A stretch of 19,077 nucleotides of DNA from Cyanobacteria bacterium P01_A01_bin.123 (GTDB taxonomy: Bacteria; Cyanobacteriota; Cyanobacteriia; Phormidesmidales; Phormidesmidaceae), in the NCBI GenBank assembly GCA_039815185.1, contig JBCBZT010000091.1, positions 1 through 19,077 of the forward strand. Reading direction: 5' to 3'. Shown here piece after piece: positions 1 to 8,112 of this stretch. The position numbers and the translations under genes were made by a program. Each line of letters begins with the position of its first letter. Position 1 is the first letter of the stretch. The notes beneath the pieces are model-generated. The model was given only the letters and a program-made list of their open reading frames with translations. It did no database searches and was not told the origin of the DNA.

Positions 1-146
1 CAGGGGGACGAAACGGCAGAGACTCTGACCCAGCCACTTTCAGGTTCGGTAATTCTCGTTGCAATGCGTACCTATCTCTTGCATTACACAATCCTTGACC
101 ACATAGAACGCATGAACTATTCTTGAAACGGTCATTTGGGCAAGAA

Positions 147-219
147 TGGAGAATAGGGGAGTCGAACCCCTGACCTCTAGGGTGCGATCCTAGCGCTCTA
201 CCAACTGAGCTAATTCCCC
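147..219 (-). tRNA. trnA: tRNA-Ala, anticodon CGC
   Basis: Reverse complement GGGGAATTAGCTCAGTTGGTAGAGCGCTAGGATCGCACCCTAGAGGTCAGGGGTTCGACTCCCCTATTCTCCA folds as a cloverleaf. Anticodon loop AT-CGC-AC, TTCGA T-loop, G3:U70 alanine identity pair, A73 discriminator; 3' CCA not encoded. Confidence 0.96.
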
Positions 220-268
220 GCACTGCTTCCGTATTTTATCAAAGAAGATTCAGTGCTTAATCGGCAGC

Positions 269-1204
269 TTAGCCTGGTGCAAGCTCCCGCTGAGCCTGAT
301 AAACCGCCTGAACGGTGTACCAGTTCAGGAAGATCCGGGCTATTTCCAACGCCAGTTGAGGTTTGCCTTGATTGATTAGCCACTGGAGCAAAGGTTTGAG
401 GGTGCGTTCGTTAAGGGTGCCGCCTAGGGTAAGCACGCCCCACAAAATACGGTGCAGCCAAGTCATCTGAATCATCATGCGCACATCCCAAGTGGGATGC
501 TTTTGATAAAACAGAATCCCCATGCGGCCGCGCTCGATCTCTTTTTCGATCAGGCGCGGAATTTGTTCTAGGGAAAATGGCGGGTGCCAGTGGTAACCCA
601 CGGCCTCCGGACATTTAATCAGTCGCAGGTCTAACTTTTTGAGCCGCACCCCCAACTCTAAATCCTCCCAGCCGTAAAGCTGAAAAGCAGTGTCAAACAA
701 TCCGGCTGCATCGAGCCAATGCCGCGCGATCGCGACGTTGCCAGTCGCAAAATAAGCTTGGGAAACATCGGTAACCTTGAACGTTTCTGCCGTTGGGTTG
801 TCAAAATTACAGGTATTGATGACACGTCCGTAGGTAAACACGCGATCGTCATATTGTTGCTGCCCTGCTGCCAACGCTTTTCCGTGGCAGTGCAAAAAGT
901 CTTCCAGCACCACCAGGTCGCTGTCGACAAAAATAATAAAGTCACCCTTAGACTTTTGTACCCCCAGATTACGGGCAGCCGCCGGGCCCAAGTGTGCTTG
1001 CAAAAACAACGTCACATGGGGAAACTCGGCTTCAGACTGATTGAGCCAATCCACGGTGCCATCTGTGGAGCCATCATCCACCACCACGATCTCGTAGCCA
1101 GTCACCGGGCTATCCGGGGGCAACTGTTGAGCTTCTATGGCCCGCAAGCATTTTTCTAAAATCGGCTTGCGATTGTAGGTTGGAATAACAACGCTGAAAA
1201 ACAC
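269..1204 (-). CDS. Glycosyltransferase family 2 protein
   Basis: 311 aa, GTG start. FSVVIPTYN, VVVDDGSTDGT, GPAAARNLG, DSD (DxD) and WEDLELG motifs of GT-A/GT2 enzymes. Confidence 0.93.
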   Translation of the reverse strand: MFFSVVIPTYNRKPILEKCLRAIEAQQLPPDSPVTGYEIVVVDDGSTDGTVDWLNQSEAEFPHVTLFLQAHLGPAAARNLGVQKSKGDFIIFVDSDLVVLEDFLHCHGKALAAGQQQYDDRVFTYGRVINTCNFDNPTAETFKVTDVSQAYFATGNVAIARHWLDAAGLFDTAFQLYGWEDLELGVRLKKLDLRLIKCPEAVGYHWHPPFSLEQIPRLIEKEIERGRMGILFYQKHPTWDVRMMIQMTWLHRILWGVLTLGGTLNERTLKPLLQWLINQGKPQLALEIARIFLNWYTVQAVYQAQRELAPG

Positions 1205-1261
1205 GACCCACCTCTAGATAACTCCATCATCCTAGCAAGGTGAGTCAGATCAGCCTTTAAT

Positions 1262-1301
1262 AACGGCAATGAACTGGGGAAAGTTCCCGTTCATCGCCGT
1301 T
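1262..1301 (-). terminator. Stem-loop downstream of the PEP-CTERM gene (probable terminator)
   Basis: Minus strand AACGGCGATGAAC...GTTCATTGCCGTT forms a 13-bp stem with one G-U pair, 36 nt after the stop codon; U tail is weak. Confidence 0.55.
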
Positions 1302-1337
1302 TGTTATAGGTTTAGTCTCAGACTTGGTGGTCTTAGC

Positions 1338-2168
1338 CTAGGCTTGGCGGGCAGCCTTACGACGACGGGAAACAAACATAGCACCAGCGACAATGCCCAG
1401 ACCGGCTAGGGCTGTTGGCTCAGGAATACTTGCACCCACAACTTTGAAATCAGGCCCGTTATAGCCTGCGGCAGAGTCAGAAGTGACTCGAAGACCCGCG
1501 ATGTGGGTTGATACGCCAAAGTCTGCCAGGTTCAAACCAATAGAACCTACAGATTGAATTTCATCAATCTCTTTGGTATCGATGTCAAATCCGGCATACT
1601 CCCAACCGTATTGACCGGGGTTGTAAAGCACAGAAGCCCCTAGCTCAAGGAAATTACCCACGACGTTACCATCGGCATCAATCGCTTGGACTCCGAGAAC
1701 ACTGTTCATGCCGCGTTCCCAAAAGTAAACCTGGCTCACCCGTGACTCGAAAAACAGGTTCATTTCAAAAGACCCCCGAGTTTCAGGGCTGGTCTTACCA
1801 TCCTCAGTGTCAATAATGCTGTTTAGGTTCAGGTTATTTAAGCTAGCAACAACATCTGATGCATCGGGGTTCTCCTCAGAAACACCGTCTGATACATTGT
1901 CACCCTGGTCAGAACTCGCACCCCCATCAGCAACTTCATTAAGTTCGTTGAGCTGGTTAAACAGGATTTCTGCATCTGTAATCAGTGAAAACTGATCGAT
2001 GGTTTTACCGTTCTCAAGTTCGATGGACTGCAAAATGACGTCACCCTTTGGTGCGTTATTGGGGGACGCATGGGTTGTGAAAGAAAACGCCTGTGCAGGT
2101 GTCGGCAAAACGGCTAAGACGCCTCCTGCAAGCAAGCTAGTCAAAGCAAAGGTCTGTTTCAATTGCAT
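1338..2168 (-). CDS. PEP-CTERM (exosortase-dependent) surface protein, XDP2-like
   Basis: Signal peptide ending PAQA-FSF, acidic body with FWERGMNS, C-terminal IPEP + hydrophobic helix + RRRK tail. The XDP2 assignment is from recalled family resemblance. Confidence 0.88.
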   Translation of the reverse strand: MQLKQTFALTSLLAGGVLAVLPTPAQAFSFTTHASPNNAPKGDVILQSIELENGKTIDQFSLITDAEILFNQLNELNEVADGGASSDQGDNVSDGVSEENPDASDVVASLNNLNLNSIIDTEDGKTSPETRGSFEMNLFFESRVSQVYFWERGMNSVLGVQAIDADGNVVGNFLELGASVLYNPGQYGWEYAGFDIDTKEIDEIQSVGSIGLNLADFGVSTHIAGLRVTSDSAAGYNGPDFKVVGASIPEPTALAGLGIVAGAMFVSRRRKAARQA

Positions 2169-2575
2169 GGTTTAATCAAGGTGAAGTGAGCTGCTCAATA
2201 CTCTGTTGACATCTATATAGAGCCGTCAAAGGCTGCACCCAACGACTCAATAAGATGGCGGTACAGTTACGTAGGTGTTTTCTACGTGATTAGCTCCATG
2301 GAAACGCAGATTTATTGGAAGGTGCCAGTATTTTCACCAGAGTTTACGTAAAATTCAATACACGCATTGATATATCAACTCTTTATATTTAAGTAAAAAA
2401 TGCGATGCAATATATCCGTGTATTTACTTACAGGGTGTTGGTTTTGGTTGATCTTGTCATAATAAAAACCAATAACTAAGATAAGTATGTCTAGGATTCG
2501 AGACATTGCAGATTGTTAAAAAAGGAAAACTTTGTTAAGTTTCGTGAAACGACATTTTTCTCCCATACACAAATT

Positions 2576-2953
2576 ATGAAATCACTCCTAGATCTGCTGC
2601 CCAAGCCTGCACCCATGCGGGCGCTGTCTCGTGTGTATGATTTGAAGACTCGCCTTGATTGGGGTGAACCGGCACTGACCATTATTGATGTCCGCGATCG
2701 CGCCTCGTTCAACCACATACACGTTCGCGGTGCGATTTCGATGCCGATGGCGAAACTGGTTGGCCTGGCAGAGGTCAGTCTGGAGTACGACCGCGATATC
2801 TATGTATACAGCGATGTGGACGAAGAGGCGATCGCCTCTGCAAGCCAACTACGCAGTGCGGGCTTTCAGAACGTGTCGGTATTGCGTGGTGGCGCAGCAG
2901 CTTGGAAAGCAGCGGGTTTTCCGGTAGAAGCGACTAGTGCAAGCGCAGCATAG
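2576..2953 (+). CDS. Rhodanese-like domain protein
   Basis: IIDVRD, HIHVRGAISMP, LRSAGFQNVSVLRGG..AW..AG. ATG at 2576 preferred over the track's TTG at 2513. Confidence 0.9.
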   Translation: MKSLLDLLPKPAPMRALSRVYDLKTRLDWGEPALTIIDVRDRASFNHIHVRGAISMPMAKLVGLAEVSLEYDRDIYVYSDVDEEAIASASQLRSAGFQNVSVLRGGAAAWKAAGFPVEATSASAA

Positions 2954-2997
2954 GATTGCATCAGAGGCTAATGATCAAAATTGCCGATAACGGTGTA

Positions 2998-3094
2998 AGC
3001 CATAGCCACAAAGCTTTGTGCGCTACGGTGAACCAGATTGCTTGTGTACTGAGCACCCCAGCGGTACTCGGTGCATTAAGCAATCTGGCCAGCG
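2998..3094 (+). repeat. 97-bp structured dispersed repeat, copy 1 (MITE/REP-like)
   Basis: 88/97 identical to 9411..9507 by hand alignment; folds as two hairpins. Confidence 0.88.
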
Positions 3095-3101
3095 ATATAA
3101 C

Positions 3102-4244
3102 CTAAGCGGCTGAAGCAGCCTGCTGCCTCGATTGGGCAACAGCTTCAATAGTTTCATCGGGAAAGAAACTGAGTTGACCTTCAGCAACCTTGGCCCTGAC
3201 CTTAGCCCCCACGGGAAAACGCATATGAATGGGGGTGCGGGCATGGAGCGTCCGGTTTGATGGGGTTTGTAAGCAGTATTTGTATTCGCGACCTAGAAAG
3301 TGACGGTCACGCACCATGAGTAGCGCAGTTTCGTCGGGTTCGAGCTGCAAATCTTCTTGACGAATCATCAAGGTGCCAGTGCGTCCATTGGCCTCAGCGT
3401 CACGAACCTGAGCGGCATGAGATTGAGTATCGCAGGCTTGAAAGCTGCCGACTTCTGTTTCCCAAAGTGTACCGTTGCGTTGGGCAGTGACGAAATTGGC
3501 CTGAGTCACAAACTCTGCAACAAACCGCGAAGCGGGATGGCGATAAATTTTTTCTGGGGTGCCAAATTGCTCAATTCGGCCTTGTCGCATCACAGCCAGA
3601 CAATCAGAAATAGCCATGGCCTCTTCTTGGTCATGGGTGACAAAAACGGCAGAAGCGCCAATGCTTTTCAGGATGTCGCGGACTTCCTGGCGCAGGTAAA
3701 GCCGCACCTGGACGTCTAAATTGCTAAAGGGTTCATCGAGCAAAATTAATGACGGCTGGGGGGCTAAAGCTCGCGCCAGAGCGACGCGCTGCTGCTGACC
3801 CCCAGAAATTTCGTGGGGATAGCGGTTTTCAAAACCTTGGAGACCGACCAATGCGATTGCTTCTTGGGTGCGATCGCGTTGGTGTTTAGCCCCTAAAGCG
3901 CCTTTATCTGCCAGATATTTAAGACCAAAGGCGACATTCTTATAAACCGTTAGGTGGGGAAACAAAGCATAGTCTTGAAACACAATGCCAATGTCACGCT
4001 TTTCAGGGGCCAGCCAGCGATTGGCACCGCACACCTGTTGCCCTGCAAGTTCGATAGTGCCACCTTGGGGTTGCTCAAACCCAGCAATTAACCGCAGTAA
4101 ACTCGTTTTACCGCACCCCGATGGCCCTAACAAGCCCAAAATATCGCCAGTTTGTAAGGCCAAGGTGGCTGCTTCAACCGCGTAAGGAGCGCGGTGCCCG
4201 TAGCGTTTTGAAAGATTATCTAAGCGGAGAATAGGCTGAGTCAT
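3102..4244 (-). CDS. futC: Fe3+ ABC transporter ATP-binding subunit (FutC/FbpC-like)
   Basis: Walker A GPSGCGKT, Q-loop VFQDYALFPH, signature ISGGQQQR, Walker B LLDEP, H-loop VTHDQEEA, TOBE-like C-terminus; adjacent to futA. Confidence 0.88.
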   Translation of the reverse strand: MTQPILRLDNLSKRYGHRAPYAVEAATLALQTGDILGLLGPSGCGKTSLLRLIAGFEQPQGGTIELAGQQVCGANRWLAPEKRDIGIVFQDYALFPHLTVYKNVAFGLKYLADKGALGAKHQRDRTQEAIALVGLQGFENRYPHEISGGQQQRVALARALAPQPSLILLDEPFSNLDVQVRLYLRQEVRDILKSIGASAVFVTHDQEEAMAISDCLAVMRQGRIEQFGTPEKIYRHPASRFVAEFVTQANFVTAQRNGTLWETEVGSFQACDTQSHAAQVRDAEANGRTGTLMIRQEDLQLEPDETALLMVRDRHFLGREYKYCLQTPSNRTLHARTPIHMRFPVGAKVRAKVAEGQLSFFPDETIEAVAQSRQQAASAA

Positions 4245-4371
4245 AAAGGCAGAATTAAAAAACCAGATTAAACAGGCTGCTGTCCTCCACAGCGGGAGAT
4301 AATCAGCAAGGATGGTGCAAAACCGCTCAGGTTAGGTCAGAGCTCGAACTCGCTCTACAGTGTAGCGATTT

Positions 4372-4390
4372 ATTGAAATCTTTCCGCATT
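4372..4390 (-). promoter_or_regulatory. Putative Fur box upstream of futC
   Basis: 19-bp imperfect inverted repeat AATGCGG-AAAGA-TTTCAAT (minus strand), similar to the box upstream of futA. Confidence 0.45.
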
Positions 4391-4523
4391 AACTAACGCC
4401 AGAAATCTGTATCTTTAGAGATTTTTTTGACTTTCGCCCCATCCCAGCCTGAGCTGTATCAATCGCTATTTGAGTGATGCTAGGCTTGCTTACTGGTAAT
4501 TATTCCCAGCTAGGGTAAATGAA

Positions 4524-4612
4524 TGACACACTGCACCGTCACTAGCGGTGACAATGACTCAACATGACGTTAACAAGACATGATTGAACTAAGGATGAGA
4601 TGCAGTGTGTCA
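4524..4612 (-). other. Structured element in the futA 3' region (12-bp perfect inverted repeat enclosing two hairpins)
   Basis: TGACACACTGCA (4524-4535) and TGCAGTGTGTCA (4601-4612) are exact reverse complements. Confidence 0.6.
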
Positions 4613-4627
4613 ATACCGAAGCAGCAG

Positions 4628-5722
4628 TTATTTCCAGCCGACCCGGTCAACCAATTTAACGACCTCTGGATTGTTGGCACCATAGGTGCCGACGTTGACC
4701 TCATCAATCTCAAAGTCACCCAGCTCAGCCACTACGGGATCGACCTCAATCCCTTCAACCACTGGATATTCGTTGTTATCCCCAGCAAAAATTGCTTGGG
4801 CTTCAGGGGTCACCAGAAACTCTAAAAATGCGATCGCGTTGTCTGGATTAGGTGCACTGGCCACAACCCCGGCACCGCTGATATTGACGTGGGTACCGCG
4901 ATCGCCCTGATTTGGGAAAAATACGGCGGTCTTGCCGGCGACATCGAGATCCGCAGCGTCATCGGATTTCGCTAGCCTGGCCCAATAATAGTGATTGACA
5001 ACGGCCACATCACATTGCCCGGCTGCTACAGCTTTAATTTGGTCAGTGTCACCCCCTTCGGGTTCACGGGCTAAATTGCCAGTTAGATTTTCAGCCCAGG
5101 TTTCAGTTGCTTCAACCCCGTTGGCTTCAACCATGGAACCCAGCAAAGACTGGTTGTAGATATTGCCAGAACTGCGAATACAGACCCGCCCTTGCCAATC
5201 AGGCTCAGCCAATGCTTCGTAGGTGGAGAGTTCTTCAGGGCTGACCGTGTCTGCGTTGTAGACAATCACGCGGGCGCGTTTGGTTAACCCAAACCACAAG
5301 CCGTCAGGATGGCGGAGGTTAGCCGGAATCGCCTCGGTTAACTGGGTCGAGTCCACGGGTTGAAAAATTCCAGCTTCTTCAGCTCGCCAAAGTCGTCCAG
5401 CATCAACGGTAATCAACACATCAGCAGGGCTGTTGTCACCCTCGTTGCTAATTCGTTCAATCAGCTCATCGGCTTCGCCTTCGATGATATTGACCTCAAT
5501 CCCGGTTGCTTCAGTAAAGGTTTCATACAAAGCGTCGTCAGCATCATAGTGGCGCGAGGTATATACATTGACTTCACCAGCGTCAGCAGTGACCTCACCC
5601 GCATCTGGGGATGCAGCACTGTCGGGTTGGTCGGGTTGGGTTGCGGGTTCACTACTGCAAGCAGCAACCAATAAGGTTACAGTGGCTGCGGTGGCTAAAA
5701 AACGTCGTCGAGTTGTTTTCAT
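4628..5722 (-). CDS. futA: Fe3+ ABC transporter substrate-binding lipoprotein (FutA/IdiA family)
   Basis: Tat motif TRRRFL, lipobox LVAAC, SRHY, SPADVLITVDAGRL, YNQSL, NHYY iron-ligand Tyr pair, GTHVNISG, NNEYP. Confidence 0.93.
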   Translation of the reverse strand: MKTTRRRFLATAATVTLLVAACSSEPATQPDQPDSAASPDAGEVTADAGEVNVYTSRHYDADDALYETFTEATGIEVNIIEGEADELIERISNEGDNSPADVLITVDAGRLWRAEEAGIFQPVDSTQLTEAIPANLRHPDGLWFGLTKRARVIVYNADTVSPEELSTYEALAEPDWQGRVCIRSSGNIYNQSLLGSMVEANGVEATETWAENLTGNLAREPEGGDTDQIKAVAAGQCDVAVVNHYYWARLAKSDDAADLDVAGKTAVFFPNQGDRGTHVNISGAGVVASAPNPDNAIAFLEFLVTPEAQAIFAGDNNEYPVVEGIEVDPVVAELGDFEIDEVNVGTYGANNPEVVKLVDRVGWK

Positions 5723-5783
5723 GGAAATTAATCACTCCTATGCTGAGATTTGGCGTCAGTCATCTTTAGTCAGCACTGAACTA

Positions 5784-5802
5784 AATGAAAACAGCTTTCA
5801 TT
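5784..5802 (-). promoter_or_regulatory. Putative Fur box upstream of futA
   Basis: Perfect 7-5-7 inverted repeat AATGAAA-ACAGC-TTTCATT, 62 nt upstream of an iron-uptake gene. Confidence 0.7.
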
Positions 5803-5961
5803 AAGCCTGTCAACTCCGCTTGAGTGCCTCATGCCTGAGCTAAACCCACCAATAGCGACAGCGGCATGGCAGCAGTGCGCTATTCCGCTGATCAAGACAG
5901 TTGTTGTTCATTCATGCTGGAGTGTCTATTATGATGAGTCAGATTTTCATGAAACTTCCCT

Positions 5962-6402
5962 ATGGTCGCTTCCCCCCGAATTCCAGTTCATCTGAACCAT
6001 GTTAAAGATGGTGACACGCTAATCGTTAGCACCAACACCGATACAGAGCGGGTGCGGCTGTACGGCATTGACTGTCCAGAATTGGCCCAAAAGCCTTTTG
6101 GCGATCGCGCCCGGCAACGCCTTCAAGCCCTGTTGGAGCCCTACAAGGACTTAGAACTTATAGAAGTCGATCGCGATCGCCACGGACGCTTGGTCGCCGA
6201 GGTTTGGGTAGAAGACGGCTGCATCAACACTCAATTGCTCAGTGAAGGGCACGCCGTAGCCTACGTGCGTCACCTTAAAGGGGAGTTTCGCGATCGCTAT
6301 TTAGCTGCAGAAGCCACCGCCCGCCGCGCCCAGCTCAACTTTTGGCAACAACCCCACCCTGAAATGCCCTGGGACTATCGCCGCCGCCATCCTCGTCGTT
6401 AG
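5962..6402 (+). CDS. Thermonuclease (SNase) family protein
   Basis: DGDT, VRLYGIDCPE, DRDRHGRLVA, N..LL.EG.A and PWDYRR motifs; no signal peptide visible. Confidence 0.92.
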   Translation: MVASPRIPVHLNHVKDGDTLIVSTNTDTERVRLYGIDCPELAQKPFGDRARQRLQALLEPYKDLELIEVDRDRHGRLVAEVWVEDGCINTQLLSEGHAVAYVRHLKGEFRDRYLAAEATARRAQLNFWQQPHPEMPWDYRRRHPRR

Positions 6403-6660
6403 GTTACCTTTGGCAGTAGCCCCATGCCTATTGCTAATGAGGGAACTACCGCGCTGGGTGACAGTGGCAGCCCACTCCTGGTCAAACGCAATGGTGAATT
6501 TTTGATCGCGGGTGTTCTCTCTGGGGGGACAACTGAAAACAGTTTATTTGTGATATCTCATGGTGGATCGGCAGTGAACCGCATCGGTCGTTTATTGAGC
6601 AACGAGGCGGGCGGTTTGTCAGCACACCTGAATCTTCGTCACCGTTAGTTTTGATAGTGC
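6403..6660 (+). pseudogene. C-terminal remnant of a trypsin-like serine protease, frameshifted, with a degenerate PEP-CTERM-like end
   Basis: EGTTALGDSGSPLLV...IAGVLSGG contains the catalytic Ser motif but the His/Asp half is absent. A 1-nt shift at about 6550 continues DISWWIGSEPHRSFIEQRGGRFVSTPESSS. Confidence 0.7.
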
Positions 6661-6711
6661 AGGAAAGAGCCTTTACGCTAGATCAAATCGAAGGTCACTT
6701 AAGATCGGAGG

Positions 6712-7140
6712 TCACTGCTGAGAAATCAGGAAGACTGAACCACTATGCTGCTGTGGCGATGTCGCATCTTCGACCGTTATGGCCATTTTAGCGACTAACT
6801 CTGGACGACGAAACACCACAGGAACAGTGAGGTTTGCAGAAGCAAGCCCCTCAGTCTCAAGCTGAAAGACGCCGGTTAGAATTGCGCCTTTGGCATCGGT
6901 TGTCACAGGTGTATTTTCCTCCGGTAAAGTCCACACGGCATACACTTTCCCGGAGGGTAACGGCGGCAGGTTTCGAGCCGTTAATTCCGCCTCTAACGTA
7001 TTGGGATTTACCACAATTAAAGCTGAAGCTGTGCTAGTCGCTTCCGGGTTTTCAAGTAAGTAAGTTAACGGCTCAATTTGGGTCGCCCCTGAACTTACTC
7101 GACCCTCAGCCGTCGCCGTCGATCTGCTTAATGACGACAA
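6712..7140 (-). pseudogene. N-terminally truncated anti-sigma-K factor (RskA C-terminal domain)
   Basis: NLPPLPSGKVYAVW...G.F...MAITVE..SP..HSG is the RskA periplasmic domain. An in-frame TGA lies just upstream; no anti-sigma N-domain or TM helix; TTG start doubtful. Confidence 0.72.
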
Positions 7141-7193
7141 GCTGTATTTTCACCTGCCGTTCTGCAAACAAATATGAAGTTCGCCCTGGAATA

Positions 7194-7219
7194 GATCCAG
7201 CGCAGACTTTTAGGCGTAA
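7194..7219 (+). promoter_or_regulatory. Putative SigK-type ECF promoter GATCC-N16-CGTAA
   Basis: Spacing and sequence resemble the SigK consensus CCATCC-N15-CCGAA; lies between the rskA remnant and the PEP-CTERM/DUF4331/TPR genes. Confidence 0.4.
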
Positions 7220-7372
7220 TACCCAATAGATTTGTTCGAAATTCAAAACACTTGCTCCGGGGGCTTTTCAGGCCGCTCGGCTCAGTTTCGGATGGGTTAT
7301 TGGAGTAGACGCCCGTCAAGACGCAGTGGTGTTTCTACATCAAAGTGACGATCACAAAGCAGGAGTGTCCGA

Positions 7373-8098
7373 ATGAAACGAATTAGGCTCAAATGGTTTG
7401 CCATCCTATCAGGACTCAGCGTCTTTCTAGGGACGGGACCTGCACAAGCAGTGACCTTTACCGAAGGAAACGATGCGGGTGAGCGTCTGGAAGACGCCAT
7501 TTCGGTATTTTCTGAACAGACATCACCTTTAGACTCGATTTCTGGCGTTCTCTCTGGAGACGCAGACTTATTCCAGATCTTTTTAACCGGTGGGCAGCAA
7601 TTTTCTGCAACCACTCTCAACCCTGACACGTTATTGGGAATCCCGATTGATAACACGTTGGGCAACCCCAATGACTTACTCGGAGACCCCCAATTATTTC
7701 TATTTGACGCCTTGGGCAATGGGATTTACGCCAGTGATGACAGCTTTGGCTCATCTCAAGCGACCCTGCCATCGCTAGGATTTTCGCCCGTTGAGTCTGG
7801 CATTTACTTTCTAGGTATTTCTGGCTTTGACGTTGACCCAATCAGTGCCGGGGGCGAGATTTTCCCTGATCAGCCAGCCAATGCGGCTGTTGGCCCAACC
7901 GGATCGGGTGGGGGCGCACCCCTGATTGGTTTCGCGGGTCAAAGCAGCAGCAGTGGACGCTACACCATCAGCTTGACGGGTGCTCAAACCATTGCAGCCC
8001 CGGCTAGCGTCCCGGAACCAGCTGCACTACTGGGCCTATTGGCAGTCGGGGCTTTAGGGCTAGCGTCTCAAACCAACAACGTCATTCAAAAATCATAG
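7373..8098 (+). CDS. PEP-CTERM surface protein (DVUA0089/PPC-like domain)
   Basis: Signal peptide PAQA-VTFTE, DADLFQI, DPQLFLFDALGNGIYASDD, GIYFLGIS, YTISLTG, then VPEP + TM helix. Confidence 0.87.
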   Translation: MKRIRLKWFAILSGLSVFLGTGPAQAVTFTEGNDAGERLEDAISVFSEQTSPLDSISGVLSGDADLFQIFLTGGQQFSATTLNPDTLLGIPIDNTLGNPNDLLGDPQLFLFDALGNGIYASDDSFGSSQATLPSLGFSPVESGIYFLGISGFDVDPISAGGEIFPDQPANAAVGPTGSGGGAPLIGFAGQSSSSGRYTISLTGAQTIAAPASVPEPAALLGLLAVGALGLASQTNNVIQKS

Positions 8099-8112
8099 GG
8101 AGAGTTTGAATC

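Noticed and set aside
1..219. tRNA-Ala as an island integration site
   Set aside because: No duplicate of the tRNA 3' end and no integrase seen in the window; its 3' flank is cut by the window edge.
4245..4371. IsaR1-like iron-stress sRNA near the Fur-like box
   Set aside because: No convincing sequence match or terminator that I can identify.
7266..7295. Divergent SigK-type promoter on the minus strand (CCATCC...CTGAAA)
   Set aside because: The -35 matches but the spacer is 18 nt and the -10 is weak; insufficient support.
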